Positions 35,869-47,100 of a stretch of 64,000 nt of DNA are shown in pieces. The stretch lies in contig NC_134035.1 of the NCBI RefSeq assembly GCF_964204645.1, positions 5,766,001 to 5,830,000 on the forward strand, written 5' to 3'. Each line of letters starts with the position of its first letter. The stretch's first letter is position 1. The notes below the pieces were generated by a model, which was given only the letters and a program-made list of their open reading frames with translations, ran no database searches and was not told the DNA's origin. This DNA is from Tubulanus polymorphus. Its lineage: Eukaryota; Animalia; Nemertea. A program made the translations under genes and the position numbers.

Positions 35869-37454
35869 TTATCGTAAACGAGCAAAAACTAAACCGATCG
35901 CGGTGATTACTATAGCGGCAACGAATTGGTTTCGACTATTGAATAAAGAAGGCGCCGCATTACATAGTTCAGTTGAACAGTAACATTTTCTCGAGTATCC
36001 AGCACTTCCGTACGTGAAGTAACAACCGTCGTCCTGTTTCTCAGTTGCACGTCCGCAAAGTCTCGATGTGATGTTCTGACCTGAAAATCGGACAGGAGAA
36101 TGTCAAATGATTCCGATCGTGCTAGCCTTTTACTCCCTCGTCTAGAGATTCGATTGGCTTCCAAATTATATTTGTTGTACTTGAACGAACGGGGCTCGAT
36201 TTATTGACTATAGAATCAACTTCAACCCGGGGGTATAAGATTGAATTGAAAAGTGAATCTAGTTAGCCCTCCCGTTCCACCGGGACCAGTTTTACAAATC
36301 TGATTTAGGTTTTGACTCGGACTCTTTGAAAACTAACTGATTTTAACTCCAAGTTATACTCTAATTCACCTGTGGAACTTGGCCCTGGTTTAGATTTAGA
36401 AAGTCGATATCAAGTCTATAAGACTATGGGCCCAGGAGGTCTGTAAGAATTTACGGGCTCATGAAAGTCTATGAGACTATTGGTCCAGAAGGTCTATTGC
36501 CGCCGACATTTCATAAATTTCTCGTGGAATGTTATAAACTTTCTATCCACAATACTTTATACGATATGTGATTGCAGTAACGTCTTCATATATTAGAAAA
36601 TAGCGCTGTGTGAAAATGGTATTCACTAATCGTTCGTTATCATTACCTGTTATGGAATGGATTCCGCCGTATTTCGGTTTTCGGAAGTTGTAATACATCA
36701 TAGTTTCGACTTTGATACAAACGCTGCATCGTTCCTCGACCTGAGGTTCATCGCATTTCGATCGAATCGTCGACCCCCGAAAAACGTTACACTCGAAGCA
36801 ACGCAGTGAGTCTTTCTGAGTTAGCACGACCGGTCCATCGGCAGCCGTTTGTGCAGACCCTAAAATGCATGAAAAGAGAACGAGAGAATCTCGATTAAAC
36901 GATTCAAAGATATAAATAGACATTTTGTTGGATGCCATTGGACACTGGAATCTCGAACAACCAACAATTTTACTAATGAATTTCAACATTGGTGTCAACC
37001 ACACAATATAAGATAGAACGAATATTTCAACTCGTCTTTCTATCAGCCTTATGATTATTACTGTTTTAGATATGTAAACGAATTTCAAATGCCCTTAAAT
37101 CGAAAGGATTTTGAACGAAACATACGCATATATATCTGAGTAAAAGAAGATTGACTTGGTGTTATACAGTATGTACGTCATGGTCTATGTGTTAATATAA
37201 CACGATATTTTTTGCCAGTTAAGAGATAGGATTTTTCTTTTTCGAAAACTGTCGATATCTACGTGATATAGGGGGCGGAAACTCGTACTGATTGTATAGA
37301 CTGTTCTCGGGTAAACACATGGTATAGGCCTTCTGCGACGATAGAAATGCCGGACGAAATTAAGCACCAGAACAGCGCAATCGATCATCGACTTACCCAG
37401 CATAAAAGTGGTGGCAAAAACCACTAAAAATCCTATAAATTCCTGTCTATCCAT
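35869..37454 (-). CDS. Ly6/uPAR three-finger protein (quiver-like), gene 3
   Basis: Exons 37454-37397 (MDRQEFIGFLVVFATTFML), 36859-36647 (SLRCFECNV...CSVCIKVET), 36080-35869 (TSRLC...DGC...KCYCSTELCNAA plus hydrophobic tail). 10 Cys. Confidence 0.88.
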
Positions 37455-38364
37455 GCTGCGTCCGGGGTGGTAATTCAATATGGCGTCACGATATGAGCGA
37501 TAAGGTAGTTTCTGTGGACTTTGAGCATTTTATCTTTCGTTGAAATCAGGTGAATCGACCTATATTCAGAATTAGATAACGATTTTAGGCAAATATTGTA
37601 CAGAACACCTTCGATATCTGAGAATCATAAGCGTACTTTTAGAGTATCTTTATAAACGCTTGGCACTTGAAATAAGGGCTCGTGGACAATTGCAGGAATT
37701 TTATCTGCAAATCTCTATGGTGAAATAGGATAACACGAACGCCGTGTGAGGGCCGTAGTCAGATGGGGCAATTGCCCTTTTACTGGTTACTCAGCCCCTT
37801 CAAATCCAAATGCTATCTTCTACGGCCCTGTTGGGCACCAGGACGGCCACGTCCTGTTTCCACGTCCTGTCAGATTGGACCTCACTGAAAATTTCACTTC
37901 GACAGACCAGGACTAGAGGAATTCATAATCCAATGATATATTCAAATGCGCAACGATTTAAACCACTCAAATCCATGATATCATCGGTTTAGAATTTTTA
38001 TTTCATTGTAATAATAAACACATATTTCATCATTAACTAAGGAGAAAGCACCTGCTAGCACCAGCTGGCGCACTTGTTACCGTATAACAATTCACATGAT
38101 CAAACTCATTTGAGAATTGGGAGACAAAATACACAAAAAAGGTAAAACATTTTCTAACACTTCTACATAATTTAGCCCGGGGAAATTTTTAACTAAGAGT
38201 CAACTACTTTATATCATTTCAGTAAAAATAAATTAACTCAGTCAAAGGGATCTGGTCAAAGATAACGTTACATTATGATATACCGGTGTATGTGACAGTT
38301 GACTTGGATAGTTATAAAAAAGTTTCAAAACTAAAAGAAGTATAAATCATATTATATGGTGTAT

Positions 38365-39933
38365 TCATGTCGCTTTGCACCAACCCGGGCTCCAAACACC
38401 GTCGAAACGTCTCGGATCACAATTCGGATCTTCCGGCGGAAATATAGCTGGTCTAAGCGTTTCTAGATAATCTAAGAATTCTAATTTCATCTCTGTAACG
38501 ACTCCAGGAAGCGCTTCTACAAGGTTATTCCTCTCAACGGGGTCCGCTATCAGATCGTATAACTGGACCCGATCGAACGGCCAGCCCCTATCAGGCGATC
38601 GACGTTGGCGCCGAATACGATTTTCTGTTCGATAGTTATACGATTTCCCGTCAGATGGCGGAGGATACCACCCGCTGTACGGCCCCGGGTCCCCGACGAT
38701 AAGTTTAAAGCCATCTTTACGAATCGCGGCGCCTTTCGACAGCTCGTCGATATTATACACGATTCTATTTCTGGGATGCCGTCGATGGCGATTTTTTATC
38801 GCGTCCCACTGATCTATCCCATCGATGTTCGAACCTTTTATGGCATCACTGTCACCTCCTGCCAGAGCTAGAATAGTAGGCAGCCAATCGACGGCATGGA
38901 AAAGTCCGTTATAGACGAATGGAGCGCTAGGTATCAGTGAACTGTGTATAAATGCTACAGATCTCGTGCCGCCTTCCCATAGAGTATGCTTAGCACCCCG
39001 TAACGGCCAATCGTTCCCGCCGAAAGACGGGGTTCCACCGTTATCGGTCGTAAATATCAAAACCGTGTTTTCCCATAAACCGGCTTCACGCAGCGCCCTG
39101 GTCACATTACCAACACCTTCGTCCAACGCCGAAACCATGCCCAAAAACTTGCGGCGATCCGCGTTCTTAACGTGGTTGTACATGTCGGTGAAACGTTTCG
39201 GTACTTGTAGCGGAGCATGGACATTCTGATAGGCCAAATACAAAAACATCGGCAGTTTGGTGGTACCGTGTTCGGCGATAATCTCCTCCGCTCGTTTTGT
39301 GAAAGCGAACGTCGAATACGTGCCGTTCTGGTCGCGCACGATATCGAATTTATCCCTGAAATCCAACCCGGTGAATCCACTTTCGTTTAGTACGTGCGTG
39401 TAATGGTCAGCTCGTCCGGCGTAAAATCCGTAGAAGCTGGAGAAACCACGTCGTGTCGGGGTGTAATCCCAGTCGCAGAATCCTAAATGCCATTTCCCCA
39501 CCGCGTGTGTTTCGTAATTGAGTTCCCGCGCGGAGAGGAGCGTCGGTAGAGTTGTAAACCGAGTGGGTAACCCGTACGGTCTTGCCGCCGGTACGTAGCT
39601 ATGCTGTAAGCCAGTGTGGTACGGATAGAGACCGGTCAATATGGCCGCTCGCGACGGAGAACACACAGGTTGCACGTACGAATTGTTCAGTATGACACCG
39701 CCTTTGGCGAGCGAGTCGAGGTTCGGCGTACGAACGTCAGCGTTGTGCCATCCGACATCGTTCCAACCGAGATCATCGGCTACGATGAGTACAATATTCG
39801 GCCTTCGTCCATTCTGAGAATCGCTCGTCGCCCAACCGCAGAATAAAATCTGTAGGTATACGGTTATGACTTTCCCGGTGATAGCCATGGCTGTTCTGGT
39901 AAACGGGATATAAACACGCGAGCTATCAAACAT
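38365..39933 (-). CDS. Arylsulfatase of the ARSB/I/J group; intronless CDS; start may be ATG 39888
   Basis: 522-aa ORF with a signal-like segment followed by RPNIVLIVADDLGWNDVG, formylglycine motif CSPSRAAILTG, GKWHLG, YQNVHAPL, TDNGG, WPLRGAKHTLWEGG and a WSPGWC C-terminus. Confidence 0.95.
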   Translation of the reverse strand: MFDSSRVYIPFTRTAMAITGKVITVYLQILFCGWATSDSQNGRRPNIVLIVADDLGWNDVGWHNADVRTPNLDSLAKGGVILNNSYVQPVCSPSRAAILTGLYPYHTGLQHSYVPAARPYGLPTRFTTLPTLLSARELNYETHAVGKWHLGFCDWDYTPTRRGFSSFYGFYAGRADHYTHVLNESGFTGLDFRDKFDIVRDQNGTYSTFAFTKRAEEIIAEHGTTKLPMFLYLAYQNVHAPLQVPKRFTDMYNHVKNADRRKFLGMVSALDEGVGNVTRALREAGLWENTVLIFTTDNGGTPSFGGNDWPLRGAKHTLWEGGTRSVAFIHSSLIPSAPFVYNGLFHAVDWLPTILALAGGDSDAIKGSNIDGIDQWDAIKNRHRRHPRNRIVYNIDELSKGAAIRKDGFKLIVGDPGPYSGWYPPPSDGKSYNYRTENRIRRQRRSPDRGWPFDRVQLYDLIADPVERNNLVEALPGVVTEMKLEFLDYLETLRPAIFPPEDPNCDPRRFDGVWSPGWCKAT

Positions 39934-41068
39934 ACATTTTGGGTCATTTTCATCATGTGAATGAAATCAAATCATTATCCAGGAGAATAGAAGAGACATG
40001 AGTAATGGGTCCAAAGGTAACATTTTACCATCAACTTAATTAACTAATCTAAAACCGTATACAGCCTTTCACAGCCATATAGAGGTCTTGCTCGTGAGTT
40101 CATAGCTCATTTTGACCGACATACATAACAACAAAAGATATTCTGGGGATTTACAAACTACGAAGGACCGTCGCATAAATCACTTAAGTTTTTGTGTTTG
40201 AACTTGAAGTAATGAGACTGATTCGATTAGTCAGATTACTCCAAGATCATGTGGTCTAAAACGATGTCGCCCATGAGTCCATGATTTTGACCACCAACAT
40301 GGAGCGTATAGTCAAGTCGAAAAACCACATTGTCTGCAAGATCTTTTGGCTTTCGGACTCAGGCTTCTCGATGTCGAAAAAGCCGAAAAATACAGGCTCC
40401 CATCACTCTCATCCCGGAACTTTATATTCGAAAGAAAAGTGACAGAATGTCCCGCTTAACCAACGCATAACGAGTATCCGAAACATCGTTGAAAACAATT
40501 CTACAGAACTTTAATAATAAATGCACAATATCGTAATTGACTTGACGGATGGGCAAACATAGGCGCGAACAGAGTGGGCGAGGGATTTTTAATCTGTTAA
40601 AACGCTGTGGAATGTTACATAGTTAAAACCGATATCAAAACATTGTCAGAGACCATAATGACGCTGTGTTCACATGATCGTAATTATCTAAATGGTAATT
40701 TTATGTTTATCCGATATTGACGATCAGTCATCAAGTCACATTATTAATATCAATCATTGCTGTTGTAATGTCATTCGAAGCGTTTGATTTATTATGCATT
40801 TTACGTTTTGCCGATTAATCGAAGTTAGTAGTTAACATCATAATATTCTATACAGCTAAGTGGGGTCCATTATGTTATTACTACCTGAGCGAGGTGGAAC
40901 TGCGCTCCTCTTATCTCCAACTGCGATTCCAACTCACTACTACCCAAAGTGACGGACAAGGTGGAAGACTCTCGGAGGCAATCGGCTGACTGACTCGAGG
41001 CAGTGGCTTCGTCAGGGCAGGAAATTCAACTGCATTTTAACGCGAAGAAAAAGAACGCACCAAACGGA

Positions 41069-42799
41069 ATGAAGGTTGAGTCCCTCGAGTTGGTAGAGGA
41101 GATTACCCTCGACGGTAAAGATCGGGCTGACGATAAATCAGCTTTCTACGACGCTATCACGCGAGACGACGACAAAACTGTTCGAAACATTTTACTACAA
41201 CAGGGGAATTCTATCGACAGGTCGAAATTATTAAATTACGATTTCGGTTTCAAGGTCGATTTTAGAATTTGCGACGATGTCCCAGTATTGGCCGGGTCGC
41301 CGTTAACGTTAGCCTGCGTGTTCAACGCCAGGAGAACGCTCGAATTGTTTTTGGACGAAGGCGTGGACTTATTCGACGTGGATATCCGCGGTAATAACGT
41401 GGTTCATACGTTGATATCGGCGGCAAAATCGAGTCAAAAACTAGAGCGCGAAATGATCGACGTGTTCGACTTGATAATGAAACGTTTACAGTCGAATACG
41501 CAGAAAGAAATGATTCTACGGACGGTTAACAGCGATGGATACTATCCGTTAGACTGGGCCATGAAAAATAAAACATTTCGATTCTACGCCCGGATTATGG
41601 ATACTGATGGAGTGTACAGACACCTCGTGACGAGATACGGACTGTACTCCAGGTACGAGTACAATCTCGGCGAGTATGACTACGACGGTTCGCGGATGTT
41701 TGTCAGTCCGTTTTTCGGTATGTCTAGTATTTACGCGACCGATGAATTGAGACGGCTACACGAAAGTCGATTACTGATTCATCCTGTTATGCGAGCTCTC
41801 AGTTCGCTGGTAAAACGGAAAAATCGACCTTTATTCGTAGCTATGTGCCTGACGAGGTTGCTGATTATGCTAATTTTTACGGCCTTGCCGTTTTGTCGAT
41901 TCGTCGATTTTCGTGAATTCCGTTCGCTAAGTCACTCGAACTGTTCTGTAGATATATCAGGACTTTATTCTAAACGCGGCCGTCAGACTATTCGACTAGC
42001 TACGTATATATTTTGCGCGGTGATCTGGTTCAGTCTAGCGACCAGACTCATATCGTCGATTGCTTGTAATGTGAGTTACTTCTCACGATCCAGTCATCGT
42101 CGGAAAGAGCGTATACATTTCTTTCAAACGTCACTTCACGCGTTCCTGTATTATACTTCCGACTTTCCCCATCACATCTTGATGACCACATTGATGATAG
42201 CGAACACGATATACACGCGTCAACAGTTTCCACCATATCTCAACTACGTCTACCTCTTGTTCTTACCGATTCAAATCATCGATATTTGCGATTTGTTCCA
42301 ATGCGTCCCGCACATCGGATTCTTTTTCATCAGTTTTCGTAACATGATTCGAGCTATGACCAGATTCATCGTTATATTCATAGTAGTTTATATGGTGTTT
42401 ACCGTAGCATATTCGACGCTTTATCTATCGATAGATATTTGCGAATATGGTTCGTTTATCCATGTCCTATCGGTTGTATTTCTTACCATGTTAAACACTG
42501 TAGATTTTACCGGTCATCCTAACTCACAATTATTCGTCATTTATCAAATGTTGTTGGTAGTAGTTGTTGCTATTACGCTGTTGAATTTTCTGATCGCGGT
42601 AATGACGGAAGCCCACGCCACGGACTTGGAGCTAAAAAGTACGCTATTGGCGGTAACCAGCATTCGCATCCACAATGACGGTGTTTGTTGGTTGAAATAT
42701 TCCCGCGTGGCGCTGAGACTCGCGCCGACCAGTCTAGGTATGAAAAACCTTACGGTTTTCGTCAGAAATGACTGCCAAATAAACAGAAATCATTTCTAG
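41069..42799 (+). CDS. Divergent TRPV (TRPV5/6-like) ankyrin plus 6-TM cation channel; single long ORF (open from 41003, first ATG 41069)
   Basis: Ankyrin-like segments SPLTLAC, DIRGNNVVHTL and DGYYPLDWA; TRPV-like YGLYSRYEYNL linker; S4-S5 PHIGFFFISFRNMI; pore region FLTMLNTVD; S6 LLNFLIAVMTE. Confidence 0.8.
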   Translation: MKVESLELVEEITLDGKDRADDKSAFYDAITRDDDKTVRNILLQQGNSIDRSKLLNYDFGFKVDFRICDDVPVLAGSPLTLACVFNARRTLELFLDEGVDLFDVDIRGNNVVHTLISAAKSSQKLEREMIDVFDLIMKRLQSNTQKEMILRTVNSDGYYPLDWAMKNKTFRFYARIMDTDGVYRHLVTRYGLYSRYEYNLGEYDYDGSRMFVSPFFGMSSIYATDELRRLHESRLLIHPVMRALSSLVKRKNRPLFVAMCLTRLLIMLIFTALPFCRFVDFREFRSLSHSNCSVDISGLYSKRGRQTIRLATYIFCAVIWFSLATRLISSIACNVSYFSRSSHRRKERIHFFQTSLHAFLYYTSDFPHHILMTTLMIANTIYTRQQFPPYLNYVYLLFLPIQIIDICDLFQCVPHIGFFFISFRNMIRAMTRFIVIFIVVYMVFTVAYSTLYLSIDICEYGSFIHVLSVVFLTMLNTVDFTGHPNSQLFVIYQMLLVVVVAITLLNFLIAVMTEAHATDLELKSTLLAVTSIRIHNDGVCWLKYSRVALRLAPTSLGMKNLTVFVRNDCQINRNHF

Positions 42800-44115
42800 T
42801 TCGTGTCTTCTTATACGTGTTGTGAATTGTTACAAGTTAGGTGTAGTGTCCAAAATGGTAACAATAACTTCTAAAATTTTGTGTTAAATTGGTAAAACAA
42901 TAAAAAAAAGATTTCAGATTTTGTTACATATGCACGGTGCTTCGAAGTGTTTTAGATAATCATCATTTTTAGTGGAGAATTCTTTTTCTTACATTTGGAG
43001 ACATTTCATACGACGTTATCTGAAATAAATCCTGAGCTTGTAATCTGTTTAACCGACTTCAAATCCGTTTTCATGATAGTATTTACCTGATTTTAGAAAG
43101 TTTGACAAAATGTCTCATTTATGTCAGAATTGCGGAAAAGAACTCACCCATTGGTTATATTCTAATCGTTTTATGAGGTTGTACGATATTCTTGTTTCCT
43201 CCGTGTTTGTTTCCCTTTCGATGGGTCCCAACTCATCAGTCTCTGTTAAAAAACAACCTATTTTCGCGTGAATGCTACGGCATTTTGTAGCCAGATATTT
43301 CAAAAGGCAGTTCCTGATTGCAAAATTAGAAACTTCTTCATCGAAAAGGCACATCCACAAAGAAGATTCTAACCACGGCACCACCCTAGCACTAACTTGG
43401 CTCCAACTCTAAGAACTCTACTTCAAGCTTGGCCTTAGTTCTACATCAAGTTAGGCCTTCCTTTTCAAGAGGGGGCTTACTAGTTCACACATGGCCCTAA
43501 CCTCCTGGATTCAACCAATATAATATTATAACTACCATTACAACTGTGTTAACAATAACAACGAGGGGTTTTGCAACGTCATTTATGAAACCTGGCTCTA
43601 GAACTGGGTTCAGGTTGTTGACTGATTTAGTCACTATACAGTAACTAAATCTCCGATCAGTCATTTTCCCGTCATTATCTCACAACTGCTCATCTTGGTG
43701 ATAAATAATTGGTATGTTCTGTACTTTAGCGGTTAACATACTTAATTTCCTGATTATAATGATTGAATTGTAAATGATTATTATCGATTTTGTCGATTTT
43801 CACAATAAACTCAACTCGTAGGTTACGTTCGTTTACAACATTTTACAACAACGACTATACATTGATCTATTCACCAATTATGTACGGAGAAACATGTCAA
43901 TTTTACGAATAAACAATAATATTGTAAGCGAACTCATTGCTGGAAAGTTGTCTGTTATAATCTAGTCGTATCGTTATAGAACAGATTCTTCCGTTCCCAG
44001 ACTCGCTAGAGATGTCTCGATTCAGCTGATAAGATTATATTCAAATTATCCCTCGCTCATCTATAATTATAGTTAACAGCGACCAGACAGGACGACACAG
44101 GGCACGATCAACTCA

Positions 44116-47100
44116 ATGTTTATCATGTTACCTGTTTTACTTCTGTTCGCCTCGGCGATTGTGGTCGATTCAACTGGTAAGTCAAACTTATATAACTATT
44201 ACCAAAGAACCCATAGATTAAGTCCCACAGTTCTCAGAGTTAAAACTCGTTTATTCGATCTTGTGCCTCTTATTTATTTATTTCTTTGATTGATTAATTG
44301 ATTGATTTGAGTTGTGCCCCTTACAAATCCACCAGTAACACACACACACACACACACACTGGAACACACAATGCTATGGGTTACCAGGTATTGTCAATCT
44401 TATTCTTGCCCAAACTTAACCATAAATGAAATCCTACGTAGGCCTATAACAAATAGTTTTGAAATTATCGATTAAGATTTAACCATTTAAACCCTAAGTT
44501 CATTCTCAATGTAATTTGATCATGCCACAAAAATTTGTCGATTGGCCTACACTTTTTTCGTGAAACCTACGGGATTTTTTTTCATTATTACGGAAAATCT
44601 CCTGAATATCTTCTTTTCGTTTTTTATTTATGTTACAGATTACAAGATGGTATGTTACCACACTAACTGGTCACAGTACCGACCCGGTGAGGGGAAGTTC
44701 ATGCCCGAGAATATAGACCCTCATCTGTGCACGCATATCATATATTCGTTCGGTAAAGTTGTCGGTAACGATATCGTACCGTACGAATGGAACGATGACG
44801 ATACCGATTGGTCGAAGGGCTTGTAAGTGTTTGATTTAGATTTTGAAAGTTCTGCATGGTCAAAATCCAATTATTCAAATATTGAATCGCGGCACACTTA
44901 ACACAAACACTCACCATCGTCCGAGGTTACATTCAGTTGTAAAATTCTCTACCAAGGTTTTCAGTTTCTTAATCAAAATTGAATGAACTATAATTGTGAA
45001 GGTACACAAGATTCAACGAATTGAAAAATCAGAATCCTAGTTTGAAAACGCTGATCGCGATTGGAGGTTGGAACCACGCTAGTGCTGGGTTTACTGAAAT
45101 GGTCGCAACTAAAACCAATCGTGCTCAATTCGTGAAGAACGCGATCGCTTTTCTGGAGAAACGAGGTTTCGACGGGCTAGATTTAGACTGGGAATACCCC
45201 GCTAATCGTGGAAGTCCTCCCGAAGATAAACAGAACTTTGCTCTTCTTTGCAAGGTAAATACTCTAGATTCTGTTACACCCGATAATGGTCTTTCAAAGA
45301 AACTAACCTGAAATACCCAGTTTCAACTGTCATTGTTTATGATAAATCTTTCTTCTCTTCCGCAAAAGGAACTGCGAGAGGCTTTTGATCGGCATTCTAA
45401 CCGGTTTTTGCTGACAGCTGCTGTGGCCGCGGGTAAAGCAACCATCGAAACTGCATACGATATACCAACTATATCCAAGTACGTATAGATAAATTCTATA
45501 AATAATGAAGAATAAAGTCCGAAATCATGTTTCCTTAATTCGACATTTTGACTTATATCTTATATAATCATTATCAGGAATGCTGCCAGCGTATCTGTCA
45601 GGGCTGGTTAAAACAAATCCATATCCTTTGAATAAAATGTCTAAACCAAATTTTCCTTAGATTTTTTTCTTATTAAGATATTTGGATTTCATCAATTTAA
45701 TGGCTTACGATCTTCACGGCGCCTGGGAAAAAAAGACAGGCCACCATACTGCGCTGTATCCGCGGAAGGATGAAACTGGTGATGACCGGATTCTGAACGT
45801 CGTAAGTTGCTGTTTTTCTTAGCAATTTATTCGGTACCAAAGCTGTTGGAAATTCAAAATTTTGATTTCATTCTCTATGGTCGTTTTGAAAAGAAAATGC
45901 ATAGTTGAAACTCGGAAAATACGTTTTGCTGTTAAATTCTCTCTCCAGGATACAGCAGTTAATCTGTGGTTAGCAGGTATCTCAGCTGGCGGACAACCTT
46001 CAACTAAACTAGTCCTCGGTATGGGTACATATGGACGTGGTTTTACACTTTCAACGTCCGATAAAGGAATGGGTGCACCAGCTTCCGGTCCATGTTCAGC
46101 TGGCCCATATACCAGAGAAAACGGATTCTTATCCTACTACGAGGTACAGTCCATTTCTTTCACTCTTGTAACTATCGCCTTTTCACGTTAACTTCAGCAA
46201 ATGTCAGTGATCGGAATCGGTTGATAAAATTTCCCGAGAAATATGAAATTTCAAATGACCGGCAGTTCAGCTCTAGAATGAATTAAGTATAAACTAAACT
46301 TACTTTGCATTAACGTACATTACTGATAAAATAGCGAACAATCTAGAGATAATTGTTTATTAATGGTTTTCATAAGTTTATCAAAAGCGTTTGACACAAT
46401 TTATCACTAACTCTGCAAGTCAAAATTAGAACATTATGGTTTAAGTGGCATACCTTATTTTGGTCCCAAAATTATCCTATCGAATAGGAAACAAGTAGTA
46501 ACGTTCAGTAATTGCTTATCCTCAGTTCTCAATATTACTTCTGATGTCCCTCAAGGCACTATTCTAGGGCCGCTAATTTTTTTTATTTACATGATACATG
46601 TCATGTTATATCATATCATATCATACCTGAAGTAATCTCAAAAGTATAAAAATGTAGGGTTGTTGATTTGACTCGTATTAGTCAGTGATTGTTCCGCCTT
46701 TTGGGTCGTTGATTTGTCTATGTAATGCCTTTAGATCTGTAACCTTTTTAAAAATGGTGCAAAACGATTTTTCGACGAGGAAAGTAAGGTACCATATGCT
46801 GTTGTCGGAAACGTTTGGATCGGGTATGATGACAAAGAAAGTTTACTAATCAAGGTAAGAAATTGTTTAAGTTGAGTCATGGATAGGAGTAAAAATTCTT
46901 TGAATTTTGTAACTTCTGCTGTATTTTCTTCTATAGGTTAATTATCTAAAATCGAAAGGGCTCGGCGGTGGTATGATCTGGGCGTTGCCTTTAGATGATT
47001 TTACCGGAACACATTGCGGACAAGGGAAATACCCTCTGTTGAAGACGATTTCGCAATCTCTTCGTGGAGAGGTTGTCACCGTGTAAGAACATTTAGTTAT

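Noticed and set aside
38605-39846. Overlapping ORFs of 76-92 aa
   Set aside because: Antisense or alternate-frame shadows of the GC-rich sulfatase CDS.
38365-39933. Bacterial HGT or contamination origin of the sulfatase
   Set aside because: Motifs and the WSPGWC tail resemble animal ARSB-like proteins, and the flanks are ordinary host DNA; a phylogeny would be needed to reopen this.
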